NCBI RefSeq assembly: GCF_006345805.1
Contig: NC_043002.1
Span: forward strand, 14,446,001-14,510,000
Direction of reading: 5' to 3'
Length of the DNA stretch: 64,000 nt
DNA from: Octopus sinensis
Lineage: Eukaryota
Shown here: positions 62,530 through 64,000 of the stretch, piece by piece
Layout: the number at the start of each line of letters is the position of its first letter
How positions within the stretch are numbered: the stretch's first letter is position 1
Translations under genes and position numbers: made by a program
The notes under the pieces: generated by a model
The model's database searches: none
Seen by the model: only the letters and a program-made list of their open reading frames with translations
What the model was told of the DNA's origin: nothing

Positions 62530-63826
62530 TATTATTTCAATTATGAATGTTTAATAATTGAATGATGTGAGTTAAAACCACCGTTTTGATTTCAACATTT
62601 GTCTGTTTATTAGCAAAGTCTCATTAAAAATGATTTTTTAAACCTCAGAATTAAAAGGTTTTGATTTACTCTCAGGTAACTTTTGGCCAACCCTGTATGC
62701 ATACATGCACAGATATAAATGCATATATATATATATACACATATACTTACATGAACACAAACATATTTACATGTGTATGTATGTATGTATATATGTATGT
62801 GCGTGTGTGTGTGCATATGCACTCATAATAATAATTTGCAGCATTTGTATTATATTGTGTAACTTCAATCTCCTGGGGTGATGCATATCACGAAATGTTT
62901 GGTGATAGCGAGTAGAAATGAAATTAATTTTACCAGAAAATAATCAACATAGTGTGCAGAGCTTTAAAATCACTCTTGAAATTATCTGTAAATATCTAAA
63001 CATGTAAAATGCTCAAGTCCTGAGGGAAGAAGCAGATAAATATTTCTCTTTATTTTATAATACATTAAATGCAGCCAATTTTGTTATAGAAAATCGTTTT
63101 TACTCTGTATTCATTAATGTACAGATATTTGAGTCTATAAAGAGAGTTTAATATCCTTAAGCTTATATATTTAAATATAGTGGCAATCTATATTACACAA
63201 TGTACATTAAATTAAATATCTATTAAAAATTTTCCAGATTTAAGGCCTGTTTCCTGATTTTTATTACGATCTTCTAGTATGAAAGGCAAACCAGGAGAAA
63301 ACAATATTGAGATTGGAAAGACACCTGCTTTATTTTTTCAACAAAACATAATTTATATTCGCGAATTATATTATAGAAAAGTGCCAATTCTTTTGTGACT
63401 TCGTACAAACATTTCGATTGCCTGTGTTACTATAAATGAATGCGTTCAACCATATTTTCCCTTCTAACATGGATCGTGATAAGCACCTGAATTTGTAACC
63501 CTAGTGGATGGACAAATTGTATTAGTTAGATATTAATGCGATATAATGCTGTTGAAACCCTTTCGCTAGAGGCTTTCAGTTCTATCCGAACATTGTGTAC
63601 GTAAAATCGTATAACATTTAGCAATTTGGTAATATCTAAATCATTGTGTTATACACACCTCGCAACAATGAGTGCACAACTTTTCTTTTAGGGTTTTATC
63701 TGCAATTAGAGATAAATCAATAAAAACAGAACATTAATTTGGTTTGAAGAGAGATATATAGTGTTAATTCAAATATTCTTCCACCTTTCGGGCGAAGGAC
63801 CGCACCCGGGTCCTATTTTATTTATA

Positions 63827-64000
63827 GGCGCAGGAGTGGCTGTGTGGTAAGTAGCTTGCTAACCAACCACATGGTTCCGGGTTCAGTCTCACTGCGTGGC
63901 ATCTTGGGCAAATGTCTTCTGCTATAGCCTCGGGCCGACCAAAGCCTTGTGAGTGGATTTGGTCGACGGAAACTGAAAGAAGCCTGTCGTATATATGTAT
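63827..64000 (+). mobile_element. SINE family A, cut by the window edge
   Basis: Near-consensus head. Confidence 0.9.

Noticed and set aside
62676-62695. Mariner-like TIR (TACAGGGTTGGCCAAAAGT on minus)
   Set aside because: No oppositely oriented partner found; too little evidence to delimit an element.

Overview
AT-rich, microsatellite-dense eukaryotic non-coding DNA (intron or intergenic). The SINE families and repeat content look like an octopod/coleoid cephalopod genome; this comes from recall and was not checked. No host protein-coding gene, CRISPR array, rRNA or true tRNA gene can be supported, and almost all short ORFs in the track are translated microsatellites. The window holds about 14 copies of one tRNA-derived SINE (family A), about 10 loci of a second (family B, often multimeric) and several mosaic SINEs. 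It also holds one near-full-length CR1-clade LINE (22.4-26.3+ kb, minus strand) and fragments of R4/Dong, RTE, Penelope-like, DD37D mariner, Tigger-like and Helitron-like elements, plus several hairpin MITEs and a 1477-bp tandem duplication. The most striking signal is hammerhead-ribozyme (HHR) motifs in at least five unrelated repeat families. Three diverged copies (9.4, 20.8, 51.6 kb) contain all HHR core pieces in a NON-circularly permuted order with covarying stem I. They sit in a common 600-800 bp pseudo-LTR-like unit. All structures were read by eye; none was computed or tested.
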